From NCBI GenBank assembly GCA_965243025.1, contig CBDETY010000003.1, positions 1 to 64,000 on the forward strand: DNA of 64,000 nucleotides, in the 5' to 3' direction. Both the position numbers and the translations under genes were made by a program. Of the stretch, positions 29,303 to 38,831 are shown piece after piece. The DNA is from Candidatus Latescibacterota bacterium. GTDB lineage: Bacteria; Latescibacterota; UBA2968; UBA8231. Numbering within the stretch: position 1 is the stretch's first letter; each line of letters begins with the position of its first letter. Below the pieces are notes generated by a model, which made no database searches, was not told the DNA's origin, and worked only from the letters and a program-made list of their open reading frames with translations.

Positions 29303-30256
29303 TCAACCGCACAGCTCGGCGAGCAGCTCTTTCCAGCTGCCCCGCTCCCGCTCCGGATCGACCAGCCCTGCCCGCTCGGAGCAGTGCCGGCGCAGCCGGC
29401 GCAGGAACAGGTCCTCCTCCTCGCAGCGCAGCATCAGGTCGGCGAGGGCGCGGGTGTCACCGACCGGGAAGTACCCGGGGTACTCCTCGCCGAGGAGGCC
29501 GACCGATCCGTCGATGCGGCTGGAAAGCACGGGAACCCCGCAGGCGAGGGCCTCGCAGACGACGTGGGCGCCTCCCTCCATTTTCGAGGTCAGCACGAGA
29601 GCGCGGCTGCGGGCGATCTCGCGCACCGCCCGCCACCGCGGCAGCTCCCCGAGCCAGCGGTAGCGCCGGTTTTCACGCTGCTCCCGCTGCGCCCTGACCG
29701 CCATGTCGTCGCTGAGCGCGGCACCGGAATGGCGCACCCGGACGCGCGACCGGGGCGGCAGCAGGCGGCTGGCCTCGGCGGCGCGGAACGGATCCTTGAC
29801 CGGGCGCAGGTGGCCGACCACCGAGAGGTTGAAGGTGCGCGCCCGCGAGGGGGGTTCGCGGCGCGGGGGAACGATCGACTGGTAGATGACGCGGGCGCGG
29901 CCGCGAAACCGTTCGGGCAGGGAGGCCGCGCCGAGGGCCTGCAGCACGACGAAGCGGTCGGCCAGCTCGAGGGATCCCTGCGCCTCGGGGTCGACGTGGA
30001 TGTCCTCGTAGAGATCGGTGCCGGTAAGGGCGAGGACGACCGGCCGTTCCGGGTGGGCGGCGGCGAAGCGCGCCAGCGAAGCCGCCGAACGCCGCGCGTG
30101 CAGGGCCACCAGCAGGTCGGGTTGCTGGCGCCGGAACTCCCCGGCCACGGCGACGGTGTGTCCGAGCTCCCGCAGGATGCGCCGCCAGCGCATCGCCGTG
30201 ACCCGGTTCCCCTTGCGCGAGCCGGGGGGCGCCGGGGTTACGATCAGGATCTTCAC
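29303..30256 (-). CDS. senB: Selenosugar synthase SenB (GT4-fold glycosyltransferase)
   Basis: GNRVTAMRW, ALHARRS, LTGTDLY, GHLRPVKDP, SKMEGGAHV. Adjacent to senA and selD. Alternative start 30319. Confidence 0.9.
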   Translation of the reverse strand: MKILIVTPAPPGSRKGNRVTAMRWRRILRELGHTVAVAGEFRRQQPDLLVALHARRSAASLARFAAAHPERPVVLALTGTDLYEDIHVDPEAQGSLELADRFVVLQALGAASLPERFRGRARVIYQSIVPPRREPPSRARTFNLSVVGHLRPVKDPFRAAEASRLLPPRSRVRVRHSGAALSDDMAVRAQREQRENRRYRWLGELPRWRAVREIARSRALVLTSKMEGGAHVVCEALACGVPVLSSRIDGSVGLLGEEYPGYFPVGDTRALADLMLRCEEEDLFLRRLRRHCSERAGLVDPERERGSWKELLAELCG

Positions 30257-30386
30257 GGGGCTCGCCGCACCCGGCGGGGGTGCCGGGGTCCGGAGAACCC
30301 GGGTATCGCTCGTCGCCACTCCAGGCAGCGGCTCTCCCGATCTCCGGAACCTGCCCCGGCGAAACGCCCGGCCCCCCCGCCCGCGG

Positions 30387-31694
30387 TCACAGCGCGCACG
30401 TGCGGAACCCGGTGAGGACGTCGCGGCGGTCCTGGGTCTGGAAGTTGCGGTAGTTGCTGCGGATCAGCCGCGAGCGCGTCGCCCAGCAGCCGCCGCGCAT
30501 CACCTTGCGGGTCCCGAACCACGGCTCGGAGTAATCCTTGTAGGGATCCGGGGTGAATCCCGGGAAGGGCTGGAAATCCGAGCTCGTCCACTCCCAGACG
30601 TTGCCGATCATCTGGCGGCAGCCGTGGGCGCTGTCCCCGGCGGGAAAGGCGCCGACGTCGACGGTCCCCATGCCGCGCCAGTCGAGGTTGGCGAGGTCCG
30701 GTGCGGGCGGGGCGTCGCCCCAGGGAAAACGGCGTTTTGCCGACCCGGGATCGAGGCCCCCCGGGGCCGGGCAGGTCGCCGCCGCGGCCTCCCACTCCGC
30801 TTCGGTCGGCAGGCGCCTGCCCGCCCAGCGGCAGTACGCGTCCGCCTCGAACCAGTTGACGTGGATGACCGCCTTGTGCGGCTCGAGCGGCACCAGGGAA
30901 TCGAAGTGCCGGCGCTCCCATCCGCCGCCGCCCCGGCGGAAGTAGCAGTGTCCGGCCGCGTCGTTCCGCAGCCGCCACTCCCAGCCTTCGCCGCACCAGT
31001 GCTCCCGCTGTTCGTAGCCGCCGTCGTCGATGAAGGCGGCGTACTCCCCCTGGGTGACGCAGGCGCGGGCGATGCGGAAGGGCTCCAGCTCCACCGCGAA
31101 CGCCCACTTCTCGTTGTCGAACACGAACGGCTCCTCCGGCGTCGACCCGAGCAGGAAGGCGCCGCCCGGGACCTCGACGTCTCCCGGCAGGGGGCCGCCC
31201 CCGGGGACTGCGGCCCCGTCCAGGCCGGAGATCTTCGGCGGCGGGTAGCCGTGGGTCTGGCGCGTGTACGTGAACGCCTCGGTGTGCATGTCCTCGTGCA
31301 GGGTGCTGTACAGGGCGTGGTACAGCAGCTCTTCGGAAGGCTCGGAGGCGAGGTGCCGCAGCAGCCGGTCGCGGACCTCGCGCATGTACTCCAGGGTCTC
31401 GTCGCGCGATGGCAGCGGCAGGCCCCAGCGCGTGTCGTGGGCGATCTCCATCGAGTCGTAGAGGGCGTCCTCGTCGGGGCGGACCGGGGGCTCGCCGCAG
31501 GCGTGCCGGAGCGCCCACACCGACTGGAACCAGGCGTGGTGGCCCATCTCCCAGAGGCCGGGGTTGACGATGGAGAGCTCCGGTCCCATAAGCTGCTCGT
31601 CGCTGAGGTCGCCGACGAGCTCGAAGGTGCGCTCCCTGGCGTCTCTCACCCATCCTGCCAGCTCTTCCGCCGATACCAGTTGTCGGACCGACAT
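30387..31694 (-). CDS. senA: Selenoneine synthase SenA (EgtB-like DinB plus FGE-sulfatase fold)
   Basis: NPGLWEMGH, HEDMHTEAFTYTRQ iron motif, FVFDNEKWA, RLPTEAEWE, GNVWEW, YRNF, GFRTC. Context with senB and selD. Confidence 0.9.
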   Translation of the reverse strand: MSVRQLVSAEELAGWVRDARERTFELVGDLSDEQLMGPELSIVNPGLWEMGHHAWFQSVWALRHACGEPPVRPDEDALYDSMEIAHDTRWGLPLPSRDETLEYMREVRDRLLRHLASEPSEELLYHALYSTLHEDMHTEAFTYTRQTHGYPPPKISGLDGAAVPGGGPLPGDVEVPGGAFLLGSTPEEPFVFDNEKWAFAVELEPFRIARACVTQGEYAAFIDDGGYEQREHWCGEGWEWRLRNDAAGHCYFRRGGGGWERRHFDSLVPLEPHKAVIHVNWFEADAYCRWAGRRLPTEAEWEAAAATCPAPGGLDPGSAKRRFPWGDAPPAPDLANLDWRGMGTVDVGAFPAGDSAHGCRQMIGNVWEWTSSDFQPFPGFTPDPYKDYSEPWFGTRKVMRGGCWATRSRLIRSNYRNFQTQDRRDVLTGFRTCAL

Positions 31695-31858
31695 GCTTGT
31701 TTCCCTGTTGCTTTTCCTGTTGCGGCTAAGGAGAATCCTGCTGCCCCTGAGTGTAGTCAGTCCCCGGTTCGGGGCAACCGCGTTGCCTCGGGGCCGCGGC
31801 CTGAATAAGTTGTCGCCCCCACCGAAAGCCCCAACCATCCGCGAACCGACGAATACCG

Positions 31859-32911
31859 ATGGCCCTGTCGAAAGACAAAACCCTGACCAGCCTCGCCAAG
31901 ACCTGCGGGTGAGCGGCCAAGGCGAGCCCGGTCGGGCTCGAGAAGCTGTTGGCCCGCCTGCCGCGCAAGTCGGACCCCAACCTCCTGGTCGGGTTCGAGA
32001 CCAGCGACGACGCCGGCGTCTACCGGCTCGGGGAGGACACGGCGATGGTCGTCACCGCGGACTTCATCACGCCGCCGGTAGACGACCCGTTCACCTTCGG
32101 CCAGATCGGCGCCGCCAACTCCCTGAGCGACGTGTACGCGATGGGGGGGCGGCCGGTCGCCTGCCTCAACCTGATCGGGTTCCCTTCGGACGATCTCGGC
32201 CCCGAGGTGCTGCACGGTATCGTCGAAGGGGCGCTGAGCAAGATCACCGAGGCCGGGGCGGTGCTGGCCGGCGGCCACACCACCAACGACGACGAGCCGA
32301 AGTTCGGCCTCTCGGTCACCGGGCTGGTGCACCCGGACAGGTACTGGCGCAACGCCGGGGCCCTTGCCGGGGACGCCCTGATACTGACCAAGCCGATCGG
32401 CAGCGGCGTGATCTTCAACGCCAACCTGAAAGGCATGCTTCCCCGCCAAGCCCTGGAGGAGACCCTCGCCGTGCTGACCGACCTGAACAGGACGGCGGCC
32501 GAGACCCTGGCCCGGTTCGACGTGCACGCGGCGACCGACATCACCGGCTTCGGGCTCGCCGGCCACGCCCTGGAGATGGCCCGGGGATCCGGGGTGACCC
32601 TCGAAATCGACGTCGACTCGCTGCCGACCCTGCCGCGGGCCCTGGAGATGTACGAGCGCGGCGTCACCACCGGGGCGAACGCGGAAAACCGCGAGCAGGT
32701 CGGGGAGGCGGCCCTGTACGAGAAGGAGCTTCCGGGAAAGCAGGGGGAGATCCTGGTCGACCCGCAGACGAGCGGGGGCCTGTTCGCCGCGGTTCCCCAA
32801 GCCCAGGCCGCCGCGGCGGTCGACGCCCTGCACGAGGCCGGCGTCGAGGCGGCCTGCATCGCCGGCCGCGCCGTCGACCTTTCGCCGCCGCACTACCTGA
32901 AGTTCCGGTAG
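31859..32911 (+). CDS. selD: Selenide, water dikinase SelD/SenC; selenoprotein (Sec at codon 18)
   Basis: MALSKDKTLTSLAKTCG-TGA(31910-31912)-AAK is in frame with track ORF 31949..32911. DDAGVY, DFITP, SDVYAMGG, GGHT, TDITGFG, DPQTSGGL. Confidence 0.93.
31923..31940 (+). promoter_or_regulatory. SECIS-like hairpin of selD
   Basis: UGA-N10-CGAGCCC-GGUC-GGGCUCG, a perfect 7-bp stem with a G-led loop. Confidence 0.8.
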
Positions 32912-32995
32912 CAAGCTCGGGCCGAACGCATTTTACATTCATCCTTCAATTCTTCATCCACCGCGGTTCGCTTCACCAGAAACAGGAGGACCAAA

Positions 32996-33856
32996 GTGCA
33001 ACTTCGCAGGATCTGCCTTGCCCTGACCCTTGCCCTTGCCACCCAGGCATCGGCCGCGGACCAGTTCCGCTTCACCGCGATTCCCGATCAGAACACCGCC
33101 CGTCTCAAGGAGCGCTTCGACCGCGTCGCCGTGTACCTCTCGGGAAAGCTGGGTATCGACGTCCAGTACATACCGGTCAAGTCGTACGCGGCGTCGGTGA
33201 ACGCCTTCAAGAACGACGAGGTGCAGCTCGCCTGGTTCGGCGGCCTGTCCGGCGTCAAGGCGCGGCGCGCCGTGCCCGGATCCCAGGCGATCGCCCAGGG
33301 GGAAGAGGACCTTCAGTTCGTCACCTACTTCATAGCCAACGCCAGCACCGGCATCGAGCCGTCCGACGAATTCCCCGCGGCCATCGCCGGCCGCACCTTC
33401 ACCTTCGGTTCCAAGGGGTCGACGTCGGGCCGCCTGATGCCGGAGTTCTTCATCAGGCAGCATTTCGAGAAATCGCCTGACGAAGTCTTCAAGCGCGTCG
33501 GCTTCAGCGGCGACCACTCCAAGACCCTCGCCCTCGTGCAGTCGGGCAGCTACGAGGCCGGGGCCCTCAACTTCAAGGTGTTCGACAAGGAGAAGGCCGC
33601 GGGCAACGTCGACTCGACCAAGGTCAGCATCATCTGGCGCACCCCGACCTACCCCGACTACAACTGGTCGATCCGCGGCGACGTCGAGGAGAAATACGGG
33701 GAGGGGTTCACAGCCAAGGTCAAAGACGCGCTGCTCGCCCTCGACGACCGCGAGATTCTCGACCAGTTCCCGCGCACCCGCTTCATCGCCGCGGACAACT
33801 CGATGTACGCCTCCATACTCGAGACCGGGACCGCCATCGGCATCTTCGAGGAATGA
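32996..33856 (+). CDS. PhnD-like (putative selenate) ABC substrate-binding protein
   Basis: Signal peptide, FTAIPD, AWFGGLSGV, GSTSGRLMP, GFSGDHSKT, TPTYPDYNW. Follows selD; AGGAGG RBS. Confidence 0.85.
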   Translation: MQLRRICLALTLALATQASAADQFRFTAIPDQNTARLKERFDRVAVYLSGKLGIDVQYIPVKSYAASVNAFKNDEVQLAWFGGLSGVKARRAVPGSQAIAQGEEDLQFVTYFIANASTGIEPSDEFPAAIAGRTFTFGSKGSTSGRLMPEFFIRQHFEKSPDEVFKRVGFSGDHSKTLALVQSGSYEAGALNFKVFDKEKAAGNVDSTKVSIIWRTPTYPDYNWSIRGDVEEKYGEGFTAKVKDALLALDDREILDQFPRTRFIAADNSMYASILETGTAIGIFEE

Positions 33857-33887
33857 TCCCGGTGATGCCGCAGTCGCGCAGGGAACC

Positions 33888-34568
33888 GTGTACGACCTCG
33901 AAGACCTGAGCGTTGCGTACGGGGAGACGCCGGTCCTGGCCGGCCTCTCCCTGCGCATCGGCGCCGGGGAGAAGGTCGTCGTCATCGGCCCCAGCGGTGT
34001 CGGCAAGACCACCCTGCTGAAAAAGCTGTACGAACTGCGCCAGGAGCAGTGCGCGTTCGTCCACCAGGACTACGCGCTGGTGCCGCAGCTGTCGGCCTTC
34101 CACAACGTCTACATCGGCCGCCTCGACCAGCGCCCGACCGCGGCCAACCTGCTGAATCTCATCCGGCCGCGGCGCCAGGAGATCGGGGAGATCCGTCCGA
34201 TCTTCGCCGCCCTCGGCATGGAGGAGAAGATGTTCGACCGGGTCGGCAACCTCTCGGGAGGGCAGCAGCAGCGGGTCGCGGTCGGCCGCGCCGTGTACCG
34301 CGGCTGCGACATCATCCTCGGGGACGAGCCGGTCTCCGCCATCGACCCGCTGCAGGCCGGGACCGTGCTGCAGCTGATCCGGAAAAGCGCCGCCACCGTC
34401 GTCCTCGCCATGCACGACGTCAAGCTGGCGCTCGCCCACTTCCCGCGCATCGTCGGACTGCGGGAAGGGAGCATCGCCTTCGACCTGCCGGCCGCCGAAG
34501 TCGACGACGGGATCCTCGCCGACCTCTACCGCGGCGAGGCGAGCGAAGGGGCCGAAGCGCTTCCCTGA
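33888..34568 (+). CDS. PhnC-like ABC ATP-binding protein
   Basis: GPSGVGKTT, LSGGQQQRV, DEPVSAID. Confidence 0.9.
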   Translation: MYDLEDLSVAYGETPVLAGLSLRIGAGEKVVVIGPSGVGKTTLLKKLYELRQEQCAFVHQDYALVPQLSAFHNVYIGRLDQRPTAANLLNLIRPRRQEIGEIRPIFAALGMEEKMFDRVGNLSGGQQQRVAVGRAVYRGCDIILGDEPVSAIDPLQAGTVLQLIRKSAATVVLAMHDVKLALAHFPRIVGLREGSIAFDLPAAEVDDGILADLYRGEASEGAEALP

Positions 34569-34586
34569 AACTGGCGTTCACCCCCG

Positions 34587-36104
34587 ATGCTGCGAACGAG
34601 CCTCCAGTTTGTCGGCGTCGCCCTGGTCTGCCTGGCCCTGGCCGACCTGGAGGTCACCACCCTCGACCCCTGGGGGGAGCTGCGGCGCATCGGCTTCGGC
34701 TTCCTCACTCCGGACCTGCCGGTCCTCTACACCTTCCGGGAGGCCCTGCTCAACACCGTCACCTTCGCCTTCTGCGGCATCACCCTCGGTCTGGCGCTCG
34801 GCAGCGTCCTGGCCCTCTTCTTCCAGGTCACCGCGGTCAGGCTGTTCTGCGCCTTCATCCGCGCGATCCACGAGATCTTCTGGGCCTTCCTGTTCCTGCC
34901 TGTCGTCGGCCTCAACCCGATGTGCGGAGTGCTGGCCATCGGCATCCCCTACGCCGGCATTTTCGCCAAGGTGTTCGCCGAGATCATGCAGGAGGCGGAC
35001 CAGACCCCGCTGAAGGGCCTGCCCCTGCACACCCCGAGGCTGAGCAGGTTCTTCTACGGGGTGCTGCCGGTGATCTACGCCGACGTCAAACACTACACCT
35101 CGTACCGGTTCGAGTGCGCCCTGCGCTCGAGCGCCATCCTCGGGTTCATCGGCCTGCCGACCCTGGGGTTCCACCTCGAGACCGCTTTCCGGGAAGGGCT
35201 CTACAGCGAGGCCCCGGCCCTCCTCTACGCCTTCTACCTGCTGATCGCCTCGCTGCGCTACTGGCTCAAGCCCAGGGTCGCGGTCGCCTGCGCGGCGGCC
35301 TCGTTCGCCCTGATTTCCACCGAGATCCACCTCTCCTGGCAGAACATCGCCCGCTTCGCCACCTGGGAGATCCTGCCCTGGCCGATGCGGCGCGAGGGGT
35401 TTCTCGAGGGCACAGGCGAGATCTCCTTCCCGGCGGGGAAGGTGTGGGACTGGGCCCTGGCCATCCTGTCGCAGGAAGCCCTGCCCGGGGTCTGGAACAC
35501 GGTGCTGCTGACGCAGGTGGTGCTGGTCGGGACCGGGCTGTTCACCCTGGTCTTTTTCGGCGCCGTCTGCCGCCACTTCGTCAGGACCCGGGTTTCGCGC
35601 GGGCTCGCCAACTACTTCCTCATCGTCATGCGGACGACGCCGGAGTACATCCTCGCCTACGTCTTCCTGCAGCTCTGGGGCCCGTCGATGCTGCCGGCCG
35701 TCCTCGCCATCACCCTGCACAACGGCGCCATCCTGTCGCACCTGACCGGCCAGAACGCCAACCTCGTGAAGCTCGAGATCGACGCGGCGAAGAAGCGGGC
35801 GAACCGCTACCTGTTCGAGGTCCTGCCGCGCGTGTACGGGCAGTTCATGGCCTTCCTGTTCTACCGCTGGGAGGTGATGATGCGGGAGTCGGCGATCCTC
35901 GGGATCCTCGGGATCTCCACCCTCGGGTTCTTCATCGACAGCGCCATCGCCGACGACAAGCTCGACAAGGCGGTGTTCCTGATCCTGGTGACGGCGGTGC
36001 TGAACATCGGCATCGACACCATCTCGCAGAAGATCAGGAAACGGCTGCGGGTGAACACAGGGGCGGTGTTCACCTACCAGCGGCAGGCGGGCGCCGGGGG
36101 CTGA
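34587..36104 (+). CDS. Fused double PhnE-like ABC permease
   Basis: Two repeats: YRFECALRSSAILGFIGLPTLG and YRWEVMMRESAILGILGISTLG. Confidence 0.88.
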   Translation: MLRTSLQFVGVALVCLALADLEVTTLDPWGELRRIGFGFLTPDLPVLYTFREALLNTVTFAFCGITLGLALGSVLALFFQVTAVRLFCAFIRAIHEIFWAFLFLPVVGLNPMCGVLAIGIPYAGIFAKVFAEIMQEADQTPLKGLPLHTPRLSRFFYGVLPVIYADVKHYTSYRFECALRSSAILGFIGLPTLGFHLETAFREGLYSEAPALLYAFYLLIASLRYWLKPRVAVACAAASFALISTEIHLSWQNIARFATWEILPWPMRREGFLEGTGEISFPAGKVWDWALAILSQEALPGVWNTVLLTQVVLVGTGLFTLVFFGAVCRHFVRTRVSRGLANYFLIVMRTTPEYILAYVFLQLWGPSMLPAVLAITLHNGAILSHLTGQNANLVKLEIDAAKKRANRYLFEVLPRVYGQFMAFLFYRWEVMMRESAILGILGISTLGFFIDSAIADDKLDKAVFLILVTAVLNIGIDTISQKIRKRLRVNTGAVFTYQRQAGAGG

Positions 36105-36297
36105 GGCGGGACCCGGGGATCCGGATCCCGAGGGGGGACTGTCGCCTCCCGGACTTCCTTCCGGATCGCCCGCAGGCGGGGCGGCACCACCCGGAAGTTT
36201 CCGGCCGGGTCGCCGGCCAGAGTCAGGATTCCTGCCGGTCGCAGAAGTCCCGATGCGGGAGCGGCCCGGAAGAAGGGCGCAGCCCCCGGCGTCTCTC

Positions 36298-38736
36298 CTA
36301 TTTCAGCAGCATCATCTTCCGCATCGACACGAAGCCGGCGGTGGAAAGGCGGTAGATGTAGACGCCGCTGGCCGCCTCGCGTCCCTGTTCGTCCCTGCCG
36401 TCCCAGGTGAACGCGTGCCGGCCGGGGCCGAGGCCTTCCCAGGTCAGCACCTGCACCCTGCGCCCGGACAGGTCGAAGATCTCCAGGTGCAGCGGCCGGC
36501 CCCCCTGGCGGTCGAAGATGTCGAAGCGGATGGTGGTCCCGGCATTGAACGGGTTGGGCGCGTTCTGATGCAGAACCGCGGCGGCGGGCAGCGCCGGGGC
36601 CCGCAGGCGATAGGCCTGTTCTTCCGCCACGACGATCATGTCCCGCTGGAGGGAGGCGAACTGCTTCAGCTCGGCGGAAGGTGACCCCACCGCGTCATAC
36701 TCGAGGACCGGATCCCCCGGGGTGTACTCCGAGTCGATCCAGACGCCCCCGCGCAGGTAGAACTGCCGGCCGAACCAGGATGCGCTCGCGAGCTGTTCCT
36801 CGACGGCGGTGGTGAAACCATCGCCGACCGCTTCGTCCGAAACCCCCTGGGGCAGGGCCAGCGGCTGTTCCACCCTCGACAGCTCGGTGCCGTCGTTGCG
36901 AACCACCCGGTCCACGGCGACGAAGGAGGTGTAGGCGGTGAGCAGGTTGTAGGTCAGCCCCAGCTCCATGATGTGGCTTTGCACCCGCAACTCGTCTTCG
37001 TACCCCAGCCCCGCGTAGTCCCCGAGGGTGGCGATGAGCCGGCGGGCCCAGAGATAACGGAGCGCGGCGTTGGACGGGTCGGAGGCAACCTGCGAGACGT
37101 CGATTTCATAGCTGTACTCCCCCTGTCCCGTATGCCCACGCAGGGACAGGGTGCCCTGCCGTTCCCCCTGCCATTTCCCGTAGACCAGGACGGGCCGCTG
37201 CGCCAGCAGGTCGGGGATGACGACCGGCTCCACTTCGTAGATGTCGAACCCCTCGGCCGCGAGGGTCGCCCCGGAAAGGACCGGTGTGCGGATGTACTCG
37301 CGGAACCGGGCGGCCGTCTCTTCCGCCTCCTCCTGGTGAGTGACCACGAACGGCTCGCCGAACCCGACGCGCGCGATCCCCTCGATAAGGTGGCGGTTGA
37401 CGCTCGATCCTATGCCGAAGGCGAAGACGTTCGCTTCTCCGAGGTTGTCCCTGATCAGGTCGAACACCTCCGCTTCCGCGGAGATGTAGCCGTCGGTGGC
37501 GATCACGATCGAGCGGGAGGTCGTAGCGCTCGTTCCCGGCAGCCGCATGGCGCGCTCGAGGGCCGCCCCGAGCCGGGTGCCGCCCCCTCCCTCCCTTGCG
37601 TCGATGAACTCGAGGGCAAGCTCTATGTTCTCGCTCGAGGCGGGAAGGGATGTATCCGACATCAGGTTGGAAACCCCGGCGAACAGCATCACGTTGAAGT
37701 GGTCGGTCCGACGGAGCGGCTCGATCAGGTCCCGCAGCAGGGCCTTCGACACATCGAGCGGATAGCCCCTCATAGACCCGGATACGTCGACGACGAAGAT
37801 GTACTCCCGCGGGGGTATCTCCTCCTCGGCGACGCGTTCGGGCGGCTGCCCCATGAACAGGAAGAAGTTTTCGTCCAGGAAGCTGTCGCCCTCCGCCTCG
37901 TAGAGCAGCAGGCCGGTTTCGATCCGGTTCCCCGCCAGGCTGTAGCGCAGGATGTAATCCCGGTTGCCGCCGGACTCGTCCGAATCGAGCAGTCTGACCT
38001 GCGCCCTGCCGGCTTCCGGAAAGGAGACGTCGACTTCGTGGGAAATGGAGTACACGGATTGAACAGGCACCCCGGTGTTCAGCTCGACGTCGATGTCAAA
38101 ACTATAGGTGGCCGGCTCCCCTTCACGGGTGTACGGCGTCGCGACGAACAGATCCCTTGGATCGGCCTCCGCCAGGGGGGTCTCGGAGTACCGCGGTCCG
38201 ACCACGGTCGGATAGACGAATTCGTACGCCCCTTCGGTCGGCACGAGAGTTTCGGTATAGCTGAGCTCGACGAAGATGCGGTCTCCCGGCAGGATGTTGC
38301 CCACCGTCATCTGGAAGACGTTGGGCCTCTGCTGCTCGAGGAGCGAGGCGGTGCGGCCCTCTTCGATGGCCTCCTCGTACTCCTGCCGCGCCTGCTCCCG
38401 CTCCCGTATCTCCGCGGTGATGACGCGGTCGCCGATGGTCATCTCCATTCCGTAGACCGCAGCCTGGGTCGAGGCGGGAAAAATGTAGGTGGCTTCGAGG
38501 GGCCGTTCCCCCTCGTTGGCGTACTCCTGGCGGATCCGGACGTCGGCGATGACCCCGGCGATCGACACGGCGGCGTAAACCGACTTCAGGGGCAGCTGGT
38601 CGAGGTCGGGATCGTCGGTTTCGACGAAGAAGAACGGGGAGAGGGTTTCCTGCGGCGGCTCCAGGAATTCGTGATCTCCACGACCTGGGGCCGGAAGGAG
38701 CAGGAGGGTCAGAAGACAGGCGATGGAAGCGGCCAT
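36298..38736 (-). CDS. Secreted VIT-vWA protein with FlgD-like C-terminal domain
   Basis: Signal peptide, VIT (PLEATYIFP), MIDAS DVSGSM, TDG, YTSFVAVD, QNAPNPFN...WDGRD...ASGVY. GGAGG RBS. Confidence 0.88.
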   Translation of the reverse strand: MAASIACLLTLLLLPAPGRGDHEFLEPPQETLSPFFFVETDDPDLDQLPLKSVYAAVSIAGVIADVRIRQEYANEGERPLEATYIFPASTQAAVYGMEMTIGDRVITAEIREREQARQEYEEAIEEGRTASLLEQQRPNVFQMTVGNILPGDRIFVELSYTETLVPTEGAYEFVYPTVVGPRYSETPLAEADPRDLFVATPYTREGEPATYSFDIDVELNTGVPVQSVYSISHEVDVSFPEAGRAQVRLLDSDESGGNRDYILRYSLAGNRIETGLLLYEAEGDSFLDENFFLFMGQPPERVAEEEIPPREYIFVVDVSGSMRGYPLDVSKALLRDLIEPLRRTDHFNVMLFAGVSNLMSDTSLPASSENIELALEFIDAREGGGGTRLGAALERAMRLPGTSATTSRSIVIATDGYISAEAEVFDLIRDNLGEANVFAFGIGSSVNRHLIEGIARVGFGEPFVVTHQEEAEETAARFREYIRTPVLSGATLAAEGFDIYEVEPVVIPDLLAQRPVLVYGKWQGERQGTLSLRGHTGQGEYSYEIDVSQVASDPSNAALRYLWARRLIATLGDYAGLGYEDELRVQSHIMELGLTYNLLTAYTSFVAVDRVVRNDGTELSRVEQPLALPQGVSDEAVGDGFTTAVEEQLASASWFGRQFYLRGGVWIDSEYTPGDPVLEYDAVGSPSAELKQFASLQRDMIVVAEEQAYRLRAPALPAAAVLHQNAPNPFNAGTTIRFDIFDRQGGRPLHLEIFDLSGRRVQVLTWEGLGPGRHAFTWDGRDEQGREAASGVYIYRLSTAGFVSMRKMMLLK

Positions 38737-38831
38737 GGCTCACCTCCGGGATCCGGGGGGAAAAACCGGGCAGACTCTTTCGGTGAGTGTAATCGTCTGT
38801 GGACCGGATGTCGATGCCGCCGGCGGGCAGG

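Noticed and set aside
30387-31694. Calling the sulfoxide synthase-like gene egtB or ovoA
   Set aside because: Adjacent senB and selD and the lack of a C-terminal methyltransferase favour senA.
31695-31858. tRNA-Sec or riboswitch between senA and selD
   Set aside because: A stem (ggggcaac-cgc-gttgcctc) and a short repeat are present, but no tRNA arms or UCA anticodon loop. Most simply a divergent promoter region.
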